Source: Octopus bimaculoides (lineage: Eukaryota). Taken from it: DNA of 64,000 nt. This document shows, piece after piece, positions 1-12,129 of this stretch. How positions within the stretch are numbered: the stretch's first letter is position 1; each line of letters starts with the position of its first letter. Both the position numbers and the translations under genes were made by a program. Below the pieces are notes generated by a model. That model did not search any database. It was not told the DNA's origin and worked only from the letters and a program-made list of their open reading frames with translations. The stretch is from NCBI RefSeq assembly GCF_001194135.2, contig NC_068990.1, forward strand, positions 69,590,975-69,654,974, given 5' to 3'.

Positions 1-134
1 GGTGCCAGATTGGCGCTCTTGAAGGTCGAAAACACTTAAAATCCATCTTCCTAATCAGGGTAACAATAATCCCGCGGAACAAGAGTTGATTATAAGAACA
101 GGATAGCTTGAGCGTGTAATAAAGTGAGAAAAGG

Positions 135-300
135 TGATGGTTTGTTTATGTCCCCGTAAAATTGCGTTTCGGAGAAAGAAACTGATGGTATAAGTATCAG
201 ACATAAAATTAGAAGTACTGAGGTCGATTTTTTTCCCACTGTACCTTTCAGAGCGGTGCCCCAGTATGGCCGCAGTCAAATGACTGAAGCAAGTAAAAGA
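135..300 (+). mobile_element. SINE family A, 3' half (degenerate)
   Basis: tgtttatgtccccgta...gaggtcgattt...gcggtgccccagtatggccgcagtcaaatgactgaagcaagtaaaaga matches the 3' half of the full copies at 50024 and 13617. Confidence 0.65.
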
Positions 301-306
301 TGACAA

Positions 307-416
307 AATATTCTTTCCAATTCTAGGGAATATTCTTTCCAATTCTAGGGAATATTCTTTCCAATTCTAGGGAATATTCTTTCCAATTCTAGGGAATATT
401 CTTTCCAATTCTCGGA
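307..416. repeat. Minisatellite, 22-bp unit aatattctttccaattctaggg x5
   Basis: Four exact units and a fifth ending ctcgga, read directly; no spacers between units. Confidence 0.95.
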
Positions 417-1035
417 AATATATTTTAAAAGTTATGTATTGAAGGGGAGAAAAAAATGAAAGGGAGAAAACTGTTTGCAGTTATGTGAGTCAAGTTAATA
501 GGACAAATCACAAGTTTAGAGGATCGAGACATTATTTCAGAGAAGAAAATAAGAGAGAAAGAAGGAAATAAAGAAAGGTTGATGTAATTTAGAATCCAAA
601 AAGGGGTGGGGTTGAGGAAGTTTGTCTATATAGAGTAATATAACCGCAGACACACATAAAACACACACACACAGACACATACATACATACAGAAGCATAA
701 TCAAATAAAGACTCTGTGGATGAATACTTGATATAATGCTTATAAAAGCTAGCTAATGTATGTATATATCTATCTGTGCATACAAGCAAGCTTTTTAGGA
801 AGTATATATATGTATATTTACTTGAAGTCTTCCTGTAAGGGCGGAGCTGCTTTCTAACAAAGATTCAAATCTCCGTCGTTAGAATATAAATAACAAAACC
901 AATGTCACATTTTGAACTAGAGAAAAGTCTTGCATATTTTTACTGTTCCATTTACAGATTGTATTTTTAATGTGCGTGTTAGACGTATATAAGTATGTAT
1001 GAATGTACATAAGAGCACATGCAGGAATACGTGCA

Positions 1036-1211
1036 CATATGCATGCAAGCTTGTATGCGCGCATATTTGAAAGTATGCACGTGTGTATGCATTACGTATG
1101 CATATGTATATGCATACATACAGCCATGTAAGCATGTATCTACGGATACATTGATGCATGTATGTTTGTATATCTCTCTGTCTCTCTCTCTATATATATA
1201 CACATACAAAA

Positions 1212-1266
<55 letters not shown>

Positions 1267-1490
1267 GCATGTAATTAATGTAAACATCAGGTTGCAATGT
1301 TTCACCAAAAAGGACAATTACAATTGTCACTAAATGTGACTAGGGTGACATGTATCTATGCATGTGTATATGCATATGTGTATGTATGTAAGTAACTATG
1401 TATAAAAGTACGCAAATATGTTTCTATATATGTGTATATATATACAATATATATACAATATATATATATATATATATACCATATATATAC

Positions 1491-1563
<73 letters not shown>

Positions 1564-1680
1564 TGTATGTATGTATGTATATATGTGTGTGTGTGTTTGT
1601 GTGTGTGTATGTATGTATGTATGTATGTATGTATGTATGTATGTATGTATGTATGCATGCATGTATGTATGTATACTTAT
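1036..1680. repeat. Compound (TA)n/(TG)n/(TATG)n/(ATGC)n microsatellite block
   Basis: Visible directly; source of the YIYI/CVCV pseudo-ORFs. Confidence 0.9.
1268..1350 (-). repeat. Fragment of the ~355-bp repeat family of 40691-41700 (HHR part not included)
   Basis: gtttcaccaaaaagga...caattgtcactaaatgtgactag is the reverse complement of ctagtcacatttagtgacaatt...cctttttggtgaaac at ~41630-41675. Confidence 0.7.
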
Positions 1681-1870
1681 AAAACAGACAAAGCAATCCC
1701 TATGTTCCGGGAGTACGTTGACGCCGATTCAAAACCACCAATCCAGTTTCGCTAATCATTTGGAAACTTTCCATTTGAGTTGTTTACGTACGTTCAGAGT
1801 ATCATAAACGTCATAAATTGGCCCTCTCTATCCCAATAACCTTGAAAATGAGATTTGTTTTGCTCATTTC

Positions 1871-1913
<43 letters not shown>

Positions 1914-2719
1914 TATATGTGCATACATGCACGCACGCGCGCACAGACACACACAGACACACACATATACACACACACACACTTGGTAAAACACAGGAGA
2001 AAGTGAACTCGATCCATAAGTATATATATATATATCTTTATACATATTTTTTAGCGGCTGAAAGTCACAAAATTCACTGAAGGGAAACGTTTCGCACCTG
2101 ACGATTAACAGGTAAGTGCCGAGGACGAAACTTTCGACCCCAGAGTAACTTTTCTACGTTTTGGCTTATCAAAAGATAAGTATGCTTTTGATGGGTGTAA
2201 ACGGATAAAGTACTAAATACAAAATTCTGCATAACTTACTAAAATTGATTAGAAGCTGAAGTTTCTTGACTCGCAACTCCGTGCTTACCGTCTCCGATAA
2301 TTTAAAAAATGTCAGTAGAGAAGTAGCGTGACAATATACAAGTAATAATATTTGTTGAAATATGATTCGTCGTTGAGATTTGATTGGTTGAAAAATCATT
2401 AGAAAATGCATCGCACATTCATGTGCTCATTTGTCATGTGTAGAAAATGTCATGTCATATAGTTATCTTCTCAGAAGGAAAACACGTGGTATTTTCCTGT
2501 TCTAAGTATCGTATGTGTAAAACACAAGAATGCGAAGATGTGAATACTGTTGAAGTGAGCGTTCCGATAATTTTAATTACTGTTGCTAATTCCTCGTCAG
2601 TTATAGTCCAAAAGATCCTAATAATTTCACACCTTTAACGATAACTGGCGAGGAATTAGCAAGGTATGTGAATTTTCTGTTTGTTTCCTTATTGCGTCTT
2701 TTGCTCAAATTTAGGAACT

Positions 2720-3260
2720 GATATATATATGGTAATTAAAAACAACACCACAATCACAACTGATATTTATTACAAAAGCACAGATACACACCAGTACCTA
2801 AATTTCAAATCATGCTACCCAATACATACAAAAAGCAACATCCCATACTGTCTAGCCAGAAAAATTTGTACTATAGTAGATGACCCAAATACCAGGAACA
2901 TACGACTTATAGAACTCAAAGGATTTCTGCCCAAACAAAATTAGCCTCTCCTACTGATAGAAAATAGCATACAACGAGCAAAAGAGATACCTATAAAACA
3001 GCTTAGGACAACATGAGGAAGATGAACTCATCAACAGAACACAATACTATTTCTAGTAACACACAATCCGCATCACCAAAACATTTTTAACATCATCAAA
3101 GCAAATTTGCCAATCATGAAACAAAGTGAAAAATTTTAAAACATAATAACTAATCAACCACTTATCTTAAGCAGAAGGCAATCATATAACCTAAAGAAAC
3201 TATTAACAAAGGCAAAATTCAACATGAACAAAACATTCACAGTATCCAAGTATAATGATA
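2720..3260 (+). mobile_element. Penelope-like element fragment (RT C-terminus/linker), decayed
   Basis: TDIYYKSTDTHQYLNFKSCYPIHTKSNIPYCLARKICTIV resembles the PLE motif TDxYxKxTDxxQYLxFxSCHPxHxKxxIPYxxAxRI; stops and frameshifts follow. Confidence 0.8.
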
Positions 3261-3377
3261 AGAGATATGGAACGCGTCAAATACATTAGAACAAAAAAAA
3301 AAAATGGACAGATTTTCGCAAATGAGTGGATGTATATATATGTGTGTGTGTGTGTGTGCCACCGCTTGACATCCAGC

Positions 3378-3562
3378 TAATTCGGAGATGTAGGTAATCG
3401 ATTACATTGATCCCAGTTCTCAACTGGTACCTATATTATCGACCCCGAAAGGATGAAAAGCAAAATGGACTTTGAGACGAAATTTGAACTCAGAACACAC
3501 AGACGGACGAAATACCGCTAAGCATCTGGCCTCGCGTGCTGACGATTCTACCAGCTCGCCGC
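3378..3562 (-). mobile_element. SINE family B (tRNA-derived)
   Basis: Reverse complement reads gcggcgagctggtagaatcgtcagcacg...ctgagttcaaatttcg...ctttcatcctttcggggtcgataat...; Pol III A/B-box-like motifs. Confidence 0.8.
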
Positions 3563-3834
3563 ATTTGTGAATTCTAGCGTATTAGTAAGTAGTTTGATTA
3601 AAGAAAATTATAACTGTAATAGTTAAAACAGATGTAGGTAATGAAAAATGAACCAGTTCTGATTAATTATAATTTCACTCTTAATCATCTTTAATTCTTA
3701 CCTCTAACCTGCTGTACTTTACACTTATATATCTTCATTAATTCTGTAATATTTTCCTGAATTTAAATTGTAAATCTACTGCGAAACACCAACTCACTCT
3801 GTAAACATATGAGTTACTTCCTTTTCTTACTGCC

Positions 3835-4105
3835 TAAATATAAACTTATCTAGTTAAGCATTTATTTGTAATTGTCTCTGTCAGATATTTGCATAGTTTT
3901 CTTTAATATATGTTATACAACAGAATTAACATCAACAGTATTTATCATAACACATATACAATCTCTAACTCCACCTTCTTTCGTATTTTCTTGTGTAATT
4001 TGTGCTCAAAGAATGTCTCAGTGTAACCGATCCGTTTATAGTGTGTAGATGTACATACGTACGTTTGTATGTATGTATGTATGTATGTATGTATGTGTGC
4101 ATGTA

Positions 4106-4141
<36 letters not shown>

Positions 4142-4582
4142 ATATATATATATATATGCACTCACCCATACATACATACATATATATATATATATGTATA
4201 GATAGACAGTATATATNNNNNNNNNNNNNNNNNNNNNNNNNNNNNNNNNNNNNNNNNNNNNNNNNNNNNNNNNNNNNNNNNNNNNNNNNNNNNNNNNNNN
4301 NNNNNNNNNNNNNNNNNNNNNNNNNNTAAATATAAACTTATCTAGTTAAGCATTTATTTGTAATTGTCTCTGTCAGATATTTGCATAGTTTTCTTTAATA
4401 TATGTTATACAACAGAATTAACATCAACAGTATTTATCATAACACATATACAATCTCTAACTCCACCTTCTTTCGTATTTTCTTGTGTAATTTGTGCTCA
4501 AAGAATGTCTCAGTGTAACCGATCCGTTTATAGTGTGTAGATGTACATACGTACGTTTGTATGTATGTATGTATGTATGTAT
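3835..4582. other. ~250-bp sequence duplicated on both sides of an N-gap (3835-~4090 and 4327-~4582); probable assembly overlap
   Basis: The two copies read as identical, and the second starts exactly at the gap edge. Confidence 0.8.
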
Positions 4583-4719
4583 GTATATTCATGTATATTA
4601 TATAGCAGAAACTGACTCTCAAACACTGAACATTTAGGTGTCTAGACGTCAAGAGCTAAGAAGTATTTCACGTCCTTTCATTTCTCTAGGAATATGTTTT
4701 AAAATCCATTCAAACCGCT

Positions 4720-4943
4720 TTTATCTTTTGTCTGTTACTTGTTTCAGTCATTAGACTGCGGTCATGCTGAGGTCGAATGAACCAATTGCAATACATATTA
4801 CTATTAACTATTTCTTTTGTTTTGATTTTTTGAAGTCTATCGATCTGTTTCGGCGAACCGCTATATACGGGGACGTTAGCACACCAACACCGGCTGTCAA
4901 GCAGTGATGGGAGACGAACACAGACAGACAGACAGATACACAG

Positions 4944-4975
<32 letters not shown>

Positions 4976-5046
4976 TGCGACTAACAGGCGAAACTAGTCT
5001 AGTCTAGTAATCCTAGAGTCGCTTATGGGGCGGTTATCACCACTGT

Positions 5047-5095
<49 letters not shown>

Positions 5096-5400
5096 TGTGT
5101 GTGTGTGTGAGTGTGTGTGTGTAGATACACACACACGCACGCACACATATATATTATGTACACACGCACACATATGTGTGTGTGTGTATGTATGTATATG
5201 TGTATGTATGTATGCATGTATTTTTATTTATTTATTTATGTGTTTCAGCCAAGTGGCTGCGGTCATGCTGGTATATATATATGATGGGAGTTTTTCTGTT
5301 TCCGTCCACTAAATCCACTCACAAGGCTTTGGTCAGCCCGAAGCTATAGAAGACACTTGCCCAAGTTTACCGTGCTGTCAAACTGTACACAAAACCAGTT
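4720..5400 (-). mobile_element. SINE family A with expanded internal microsatellite
   Basis: 3' half at ~4720-4930 (ttacttgtttcagtcattagactgcggtcatgctg) and 5' half at ~5280-5400 (aaatccactcacaaggctttggtc...gaagacacttgcccaag), separated by (CA)/(TG) tracts. Confidence 0.6.
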
Positions 5401-5725
5401 CTAAGAAACTATACCATGATTAACTTTGTGCAATTTTTGTACAGTATCTTCATAGAAAGCAAAATAATTTTTCAACATTAAGTAGATAATACTATAAATA
5501 ATAGCATGTAAGTATTGGGTTGAACACCCTTGGATGGAGAGAAGCCGAAGACTACCTGTTAGAGTTTGTATGTGATGTTTACATGCTATTATCTATAGCA
5601 TTGTCTACTTCGAGAGTTCCACCGTTAAGAAACTTACTTTTCTTCATATTCTTATAATGTAAAATTTAAAATATGCATATGTATGTATGTATATATATGT
5701 ATGTATGTATGTATGCATATGCATC

Positions 5726-5806
<81 letters not shown>

Positions 5807-7159
5807 CAGCAGTATGATTCCNNNNNNNNNNNNNNNNNNNNNNNNNNNNNNNNNNNNNNNNNNNNNNNNNNNNNNNNNNNNNNNNNNNNNNNNNNNNNNN
5901 NNNNNNNNNNNNNNNNNNNNNNNNNNNNNNNNNNNNNNNNNNNNNNNNNNNNNNNNNNNNNNNNNNNNNNNNNNNNNNNNNNNNNNNNNNNNNNNNNNNN
6001 NNNNNNNNNNNNNNNNNNNNNNNNNNNNNNNNNNNNNNNNNNNNNNNNNNNNNNNNNNNNNNNNNNNNNNNNNNNNNNNNNNNNNNNNNNNNNNNNNNNN
6101 NNNNNNNNNNNNNNNNNNNNNNNNNNNNNNNNNNNNNNNNNNNNNNNNNNNNNNNNNNNNNNNNNNNNNNNNNNNNNNNNNNNNNNNNNNNNNNNNNNNN
6201 NNNNNNNNNNNNNNNNNNNNNNNNNNNNNNNNNNNNNNNNNNNNNNNNNNNNNNNNNNNNNNNNNNNNNNNNNNNNNNNNNNNNNNNNNNNNNNNNNNNN
6301 NNNNNNNNNNNNNNNNNNNNNNNNNNNNNNNNNNNNNNNNNNNNNNNNNNNNNNNNNNNNNNNNNNNNNNNNNNNNNNNNNNNNNNNNNNNNNNNNNNNN
6401 NNNNNNNNNNNNNNNNNNNNNNNNNNNNNNNNNNNNNNNNNNNNNNNNNNNNNNNNNNNNNNNNNNNNNNNNNNNNNNNNNNNNNNNNNNNNNNNNNNNN
6501 NNNNNNNNNNNNNNNNNNNNNNNNNNNNNNNNNNNNNNNNNNNNNNNNNNNNNNNNNNNNNNNNNNNNNNNNNNNNNNNNNNNNNNNNNNNNNNNNNNNN
6601 NNNNNNNNNNNNNNNNNNNNNNNNNNNNNNNNNNNNNNNNNNNNNNNNNNNNNNNNNNNNNNNNNNNNNNNNCCCCCCACTACCACCACCACCACCACCA
6701 CCCAAGTCCCCGACTAACCAAACAGCGCAGCTAAACAACCAGGCAACCTACCACATGGACAGCAGTCATCTAAAGAAGCACTTCACCTACAAACTTGTTC
6801 TGTTATCAATTCTTAGAATACATTGATATTGTTATCTGTAAATGTTATCTCTGCCGTTACTCTACATCTCCATTATCTCTCCTCTTCTCAAAGCATCAAC
6901 CATTCTCTTTGTTCTTTGATGCCATTGGCCAGAAATATTTCTTGCAAAATTTCTGCATCATCTTTTAAAGATATTGGCACAACATCACGTTCTAGTTCTA
7001 CCATAACTTTATAACTTTCCAACTTTATATTACATGCACACGCGCACACATATATGCACACACACACATACACGCACTCGAGCGCGCACACCATGCACTC
7101 CACATACAGGCGCATATGCAACCCCACACATGCACATATGCTACCACACACATTCACAT

Positions 7160-7204
<45 letters not shown>

Positions 7205-7508
7205 GCGTATACACACATAGATAAATACACATATACCTATATATATAGATGTAGATATATGCATAAATATATGCATATATATAAATATAGATATTGCTTC
7301 TATGGGGACATTTAATGCGCTTTAGTTTTTCTCACGTGAACAAATATATATATATATATATGTGTGTGTCTGTGTGTATATGTATGTATGTATGTACGTA
7401 TGTATATGTCTATATCTATGTATGCGTGTATATATATAGCTATATATATAAATATGTATATACATATATATACACACACACATATATATATATATGTATG
7501 TATATATG

Positions 7509-7541
<33 letters not shown>

Positions 7542-7836
7542 GCATATATACATGTATACATACATAATACATACATACATACATACATACATACATACAT
7601 ACATACATACATACATACGTACATATGTATTGCTGATGTCATAAATATTTTAAACTTCGAGAGAACGTAAAATAAGTATTTATTGCAACGGCGAAACTTG
7701 AAGCAGATAAGGCTGTTCGTGATATCGTGTAAATATTGGGTTAAAAAACCGTTTAGATAGAAGAATTTGAAGGCTGCCCGTGGGACACGAACCCCATATA
7801 TAGATAGATAAATATAGGCGGACAGACAGACAGACT

Positions 7837-7870
<34 letters not shown>

Positions 7871-8291
7871 TGGACAATTAGCTAGATAGAGATAGATAGA
7901 TAAATAGATAGATAGAAAGAAATAGAAATAGAAATACACACGTTATATGTCTGTGAATGTATATCAGGTCTGTGCTGTGAGTAAATACGCAAGGTAGGCT
8001 GTAGGTATTAATAAACCAAATTGTGAGCGAAAGTCTTATCACTGCGGAGACGATACGTAAAAATATTTTGACAGCAGTATTTGTTCATATATGTATATAG
8101 GTAAACACACACACACACACACACGCACACACACACACACACACACGAATAGAAAGGAATAAAAAATGTTCAGTAAGCTGTCCGTATATACTCTTTTAAA
8201 CAAACATACATAGACAACTATAAGCACCATTATATATATAGAACTTGGTAGGCAGGCATTTTTTTTTTTTAATTTCTACTTATGTCTATAT

Positions 8292-8302
8292 TTATACCGA
8301 TG

Positions 8303-8349
<47 letters not shown>

Positions 8350-8350
8350 G

Positions 8351-8405
<55 letters not shown>

Positions 8406-8406
8406 G

Positions 8407-8443
<37 letters not shown>

Positions 8444-8445
8444 AG
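8292..8445. repeat. (TCTA)n tetranucleotide microsatellite
   Basis: Visible directly. Confidence 0.95.
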
Positions 8446-8809
8446 AGATACAAATACAAATCTATAGATTTCTTTCTCTGTATACACATATGCACATATA
8501 TAATCATTGAAGTTTTGAAACAGCTGTAAAGATTTACGTAGGAAAATATTTGTGCTTCGTTTCATATATTCCCGGTTACATTTGTATAACATTTTGAGTA
8601 AATGATGATATAATAAATATCATATATATCTATACACCTTTTATCTTTGTACTTGGATATGCGGGTAGCTTGAAAATACTTCACGGAGTGTCAAGCGTAA
8701 TCTGCATAGTCAGGGGCTGCCCTTTGACCAAGCATAGCACCCGTTCATCCACCCTGCCAAAAATACGGCGAAGTCATGGGACTGCAGCATGGCGGATTGT
8801 AAAGAGAGA

Positions 8810-8859
<50 letters not shown>

Positions 8860-8959
8860 AAGAGAGAGATGGTGTTGGCGGTGGTGGTCGTCGTCGTCAT
8901 CGTGGAGGTGGCGATGGTGAGTGCATAATGAAAAGTTTTTTTTTTTAATTGAACTAAGT

Positions 8960-9264
8960 TTTTATATCACCTATCACTTAACGCATGAGCATCCCAAACT
9001 TGCCATTCACTTCTGAAAAAAACTAGTTTCCCGTCCGCCTGCCATATGCAATGATTATCAATAAATCACAAGGGCAGACATTTGATAAAACGGGGCTGTT
9101 CTTGCGTGAACCTATATTTCGTCATAGTCAGCTATATGTTGCATTCTGAAGGGCTCCAAATATTATCTGATGTAAGAGTTAAAGTTTTCAACACAGACAA
9201 ACAAGGAAAAAGAAGAAGGAGAACTTACACGAAGAACATAGTCTGCAAAGGAGTATTGGATTGA
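8960..9264 (+). mobile_element. Helitron RepHel PIF1-type helicase C-terminus, pseudogenised
   Basis: Translation ...[40 protein letters not shown]...YTKNIVCKGVLD matches the Helitron signature [19 protein letters not shown]...VFSHGQLYVAxSR...TxNIVYKEVL; in-frame stops. Confidence 0.85.
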
Positions 9265-9649
9265 AAGGTGTACGCCTTGGCTTATAAGTTACCAATGATA
9301 TGGTTTTCAGAGTATGCCATGTTGCATTAAATTTTTACCCCCATGAAATTGTGACCCCTATATTTTACATATAAAATTATTATTTTTTTACTATAAAACT
9401 TTTGTTTTCTAGAAATGAAATTGTGACTATGTAAATTTTAAAATGCAATTTTTCTGTTTATGAGAAAAATGGAAAAAACAAGAGTGAATATTTATTTTAT
9501 CAGTGCTGTGTATTGAGTATAAAATTATGCATAAAGTGTATATATAAAGAGCATTAAGTAGTCGTCGTATTTCCTTCAATTTTCAATGAATAGTAGATGA
9601 GCCATTATCTTTTGATACAGACACCGCACAGGCTACGCTTTCAGGTTTT

Positions 9650-9900
9650 TGGATAAAGTTTTCAGGAAAATTCCAATACGTTTACTATTAATTCCGTGAA
9701 ATATTCACGGCTCCCACTAGTATTCATTATTACTTATTTTAAACTCACGTGAAATTTAATTTCTATAACAATATTCTGCCCCATTAATAGAAAAGACACA
9801 CCCAGGTGCATCCTACATACCCTGCAATACCACTCACTATATAAAAGCAGAATCCTTTCTACCTTCATGACACTATATGCAATTGATTCTGAAGTTGGAC
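9650..9900 (-). mobile_element. Possible decayed GIY-YIG endonuclease of a Penelope-like element
   Basis: Minus-strand pieces YIVSGIAGYVGCT and ...LKTLS resemble the PLE endonuclease motifs IYxIxCxCxxxYVGxT and YWIFxLKTLxP; frameshifted, weak. Confidence 0.35.
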
Positions 9901-10429
9901 TCACAATACGTAGGTTCTTTAGTTTAACTTTTGATTCACCTTTGGATAAGGGTTATGAGGATAGAATAAGCAGAGGACACATTTCCTTGTTTAATAAGGT
10001 TAAGAGGGAGTGTTTTTAAAAATTATTTCAACTTGTTCGACTCCATAGCAGAGGAAGAAAATGATGAATACAGTCTCTATATTTCGTCTTCCCATTGATA
10101 CAGAATGTTAGGAGAAGAAATACAGTTTGTCTTTAGGACCCGAATGTATAAAAGCGAAATGACTTGATCATCCATTGGTTGACACCTGTTATATAGAAAT
10201 TGTTGCGTTTCTAGGTCGGACCCTTGATTCCGCCATGTTTTAGCTTGCTCAGTTGGAAAATATTGGAATTAAGATCTTGTAAGATTGTTACCAATAAGAC
10301 TTGCGCCTTAGCTATATCATCATTTTCCCTTGGATATTACTACCTCGAGTTCGGGGACTGAAATAGCCATAACCCGGTTTTCATGGCGTGTAAGTCATTA
10401 AAATCTGAATATTCCTCTTTCTACGAGAT

Positions 10430-10585
10430 TCCAGTTTGTCGCAGGGTTACTCATTTACAGCTGATTGGACTGGCGTAACGTGAAATGAAGTGTTTTGCTC
10501 AAGAACATAACGCACCGCCCAGTCTGGGAATTGAAACCAAGATGTTGCAGTCGCGAATGCAACACCCTAAACACAAGGCCATGTG
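10430..10585 (-). mobile_element. SINE family C (tRNA head plus CORE-like domain)
   Basis: ttactcatttacagctga...tgaagtgttttgctcaagaacataacgca...attgaaacc...caacaccctaaacac; homologous to 43655-43803. Confidence 0.65.
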
Positions 10586-10964
10586 CCCTTGTTATATAAG
10601 GTTTATTTTATTTACTTTCTTAAAGTTCCAGAAATTGGAGCTAAGCATCGTCTTATGGAGCGAAATAATTACTTTTTGCTTTTAGTTACTTTGTAATTCA
10701 GTTAGGGTGCCTCTATTTGGATGCTCCACTTATAGAAATATAGCGACCAAATCTTTTTTCATATAAATTGTATTAAATAAAAGAAAAAAGAAAAAAGAAA
10801 ACAAAAAGACGGAAATGACATAGTGGATGATGCAGTCTTAGATACACTTTGCCTAAAGAAGAAAAGCTGGGATAATATATGTCAGGAAGCTCTTTCAGTC
10901 TTTGGTTTGCTTGACCAGGTATGATCTAGGATTAAATAAAAAGGCCAGAAATGAGGTTTTTAGG

Positions 10965-11470
10965 AGTGGGGAGAGCAGAGAATCTGTCGAAGATATGGGC
11001 CCCAGCATATGACAGGTACTTCATTTCATCAGCTTTGGAAGGATGAAAGATGAATGTAAAGTACCAGGACAAATATTGCAAAATGTTGTGCTCGGCGGTT
11101 AACAAGTTTGTTGTGCCACGCCTTCCGCCTTTGACTTAGGACGGTTTGACTGTTCTTTGGTAAAAGGTACCAACACTGGTAATTTATTTCATCGACCTCA
11201 GAGGGATGAAAGGCAAATTTGACTTCAGTAGAATCTGAACTCAGAACGTACAGAGCTGCAAAGCATTTTTACCGACGCTCTAGCTGTTCTGCCAATACTC
11301 CGTCCTTGGACTGTAACATAATAACCTTTCTAATTTCGGCATACGGCCAGCAGTTCTGAGGGGAGGGGAAGGCTGATCCCATCGACCCCAGTATTGAACA
11401 GGTATGCTGAAACGATGAAAGGCAAAGCTGACCTCGGTGACATTTGAAACCAGAACGTATAAAAGACGGA
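10965..11470 (-). mobile_element. Cluster of three partial SINE B copies
   Basis: Repeated catcgacc..gatgaaaggcaa...tgaactcagaacgta segments. Confidence 0.7.
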
Positions 11471-11930
11471 AAAGCCTGTAATTTAATAGCAAGTAATTCT
11501 TATTGAAGAAATGATTAAGTAACAGTTATTGATCAAGAGATTAACTGTTCGTATTCCGTTAAGTTATATAGCTAATGGATTAAGTTAACTCGCTGCTTCG
11601 ACCAGGAACTGAACTCACGACATTGCGATCTTGAGTCAAGCATCGTAACCACAAGTTCACACACTGTCACGATAATTATACAATTTAACACTGAAACAGT
11701 TATGTCATAGTAAAAGTGACCAGTGTTTTGCAGCCCGTCGCTATAGAGCTAGCATGGTAAGGATTACTGCAATAATCTAGTGACTAATCCAAGACAGTGG
11801 AGTTGCCTCACCAGTGCAGAGACTGAAGGTAAGTAACAGCCTCAGGTATTCACGGGATCCGAACAGAATTAGCTTAAAATGTAATAAAGAAATTAACTAG
11901 CTACAACATTCCTGTTACAAGCGATAAATG

Positions 11931-12113
11931 GGTGGCAGAATCGTTAGTGCACCGGACAAAATGCTTAGCGGCATTTCTTCCTGCTCTTTAACGAGGACAA
12001 GTTTGTCTTTCGCCCTATCAGAGTCGATAAAATGAGGTACCAGTTGAGCACTGGGTCGGTGTGCTCAACTTACCGCCTCTTTCTAAAATTGAATGGCCTT
12101 GTGCCAAAAATTT
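11931..12113 (+). mobile_element. SINE family B
   Basis: ggtggcagaatcgttagtgcaccggacaaaatgcttagcggcatt...gtaccagttgagcactggg...ggccttgtgccaaaa. Confidence 0.7.
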
Positions 12114-12129
12114 GGGACAGTTATTAAAG

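Noticed and set aside
307-416. CRISPR-like array (also 30138-30211)
   Set aside because: Units are head-to-tail without unique spacers, there are no cas genes, and the context is eukaryotic.
2090-2155. CTGACGA...GAAAC as a hammerhead
   Set aside because: The intervening sequence does not form stem II, and there is no consistent stem I or NUH triplet.
3835-4582. ~250-bp direct duplication as a biological tandem repeat
   Set aside because: The copies are identical and the second begins exactly at an N-gap edge; most likely overlapping contig ends or alleles.
4975-5005. GAAAC-TA-GTC as a minimal hammerhead
   Set aside because: The core is incomplete (ctgcga) with no stem II, and tgcgactaacag also occurs at 61111 in a non-HHR context.
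8680-8790. GC-richer island as a coding exon
   Set aside because: No convincing donor site, a stop in the best frame, and no recognisable protein.
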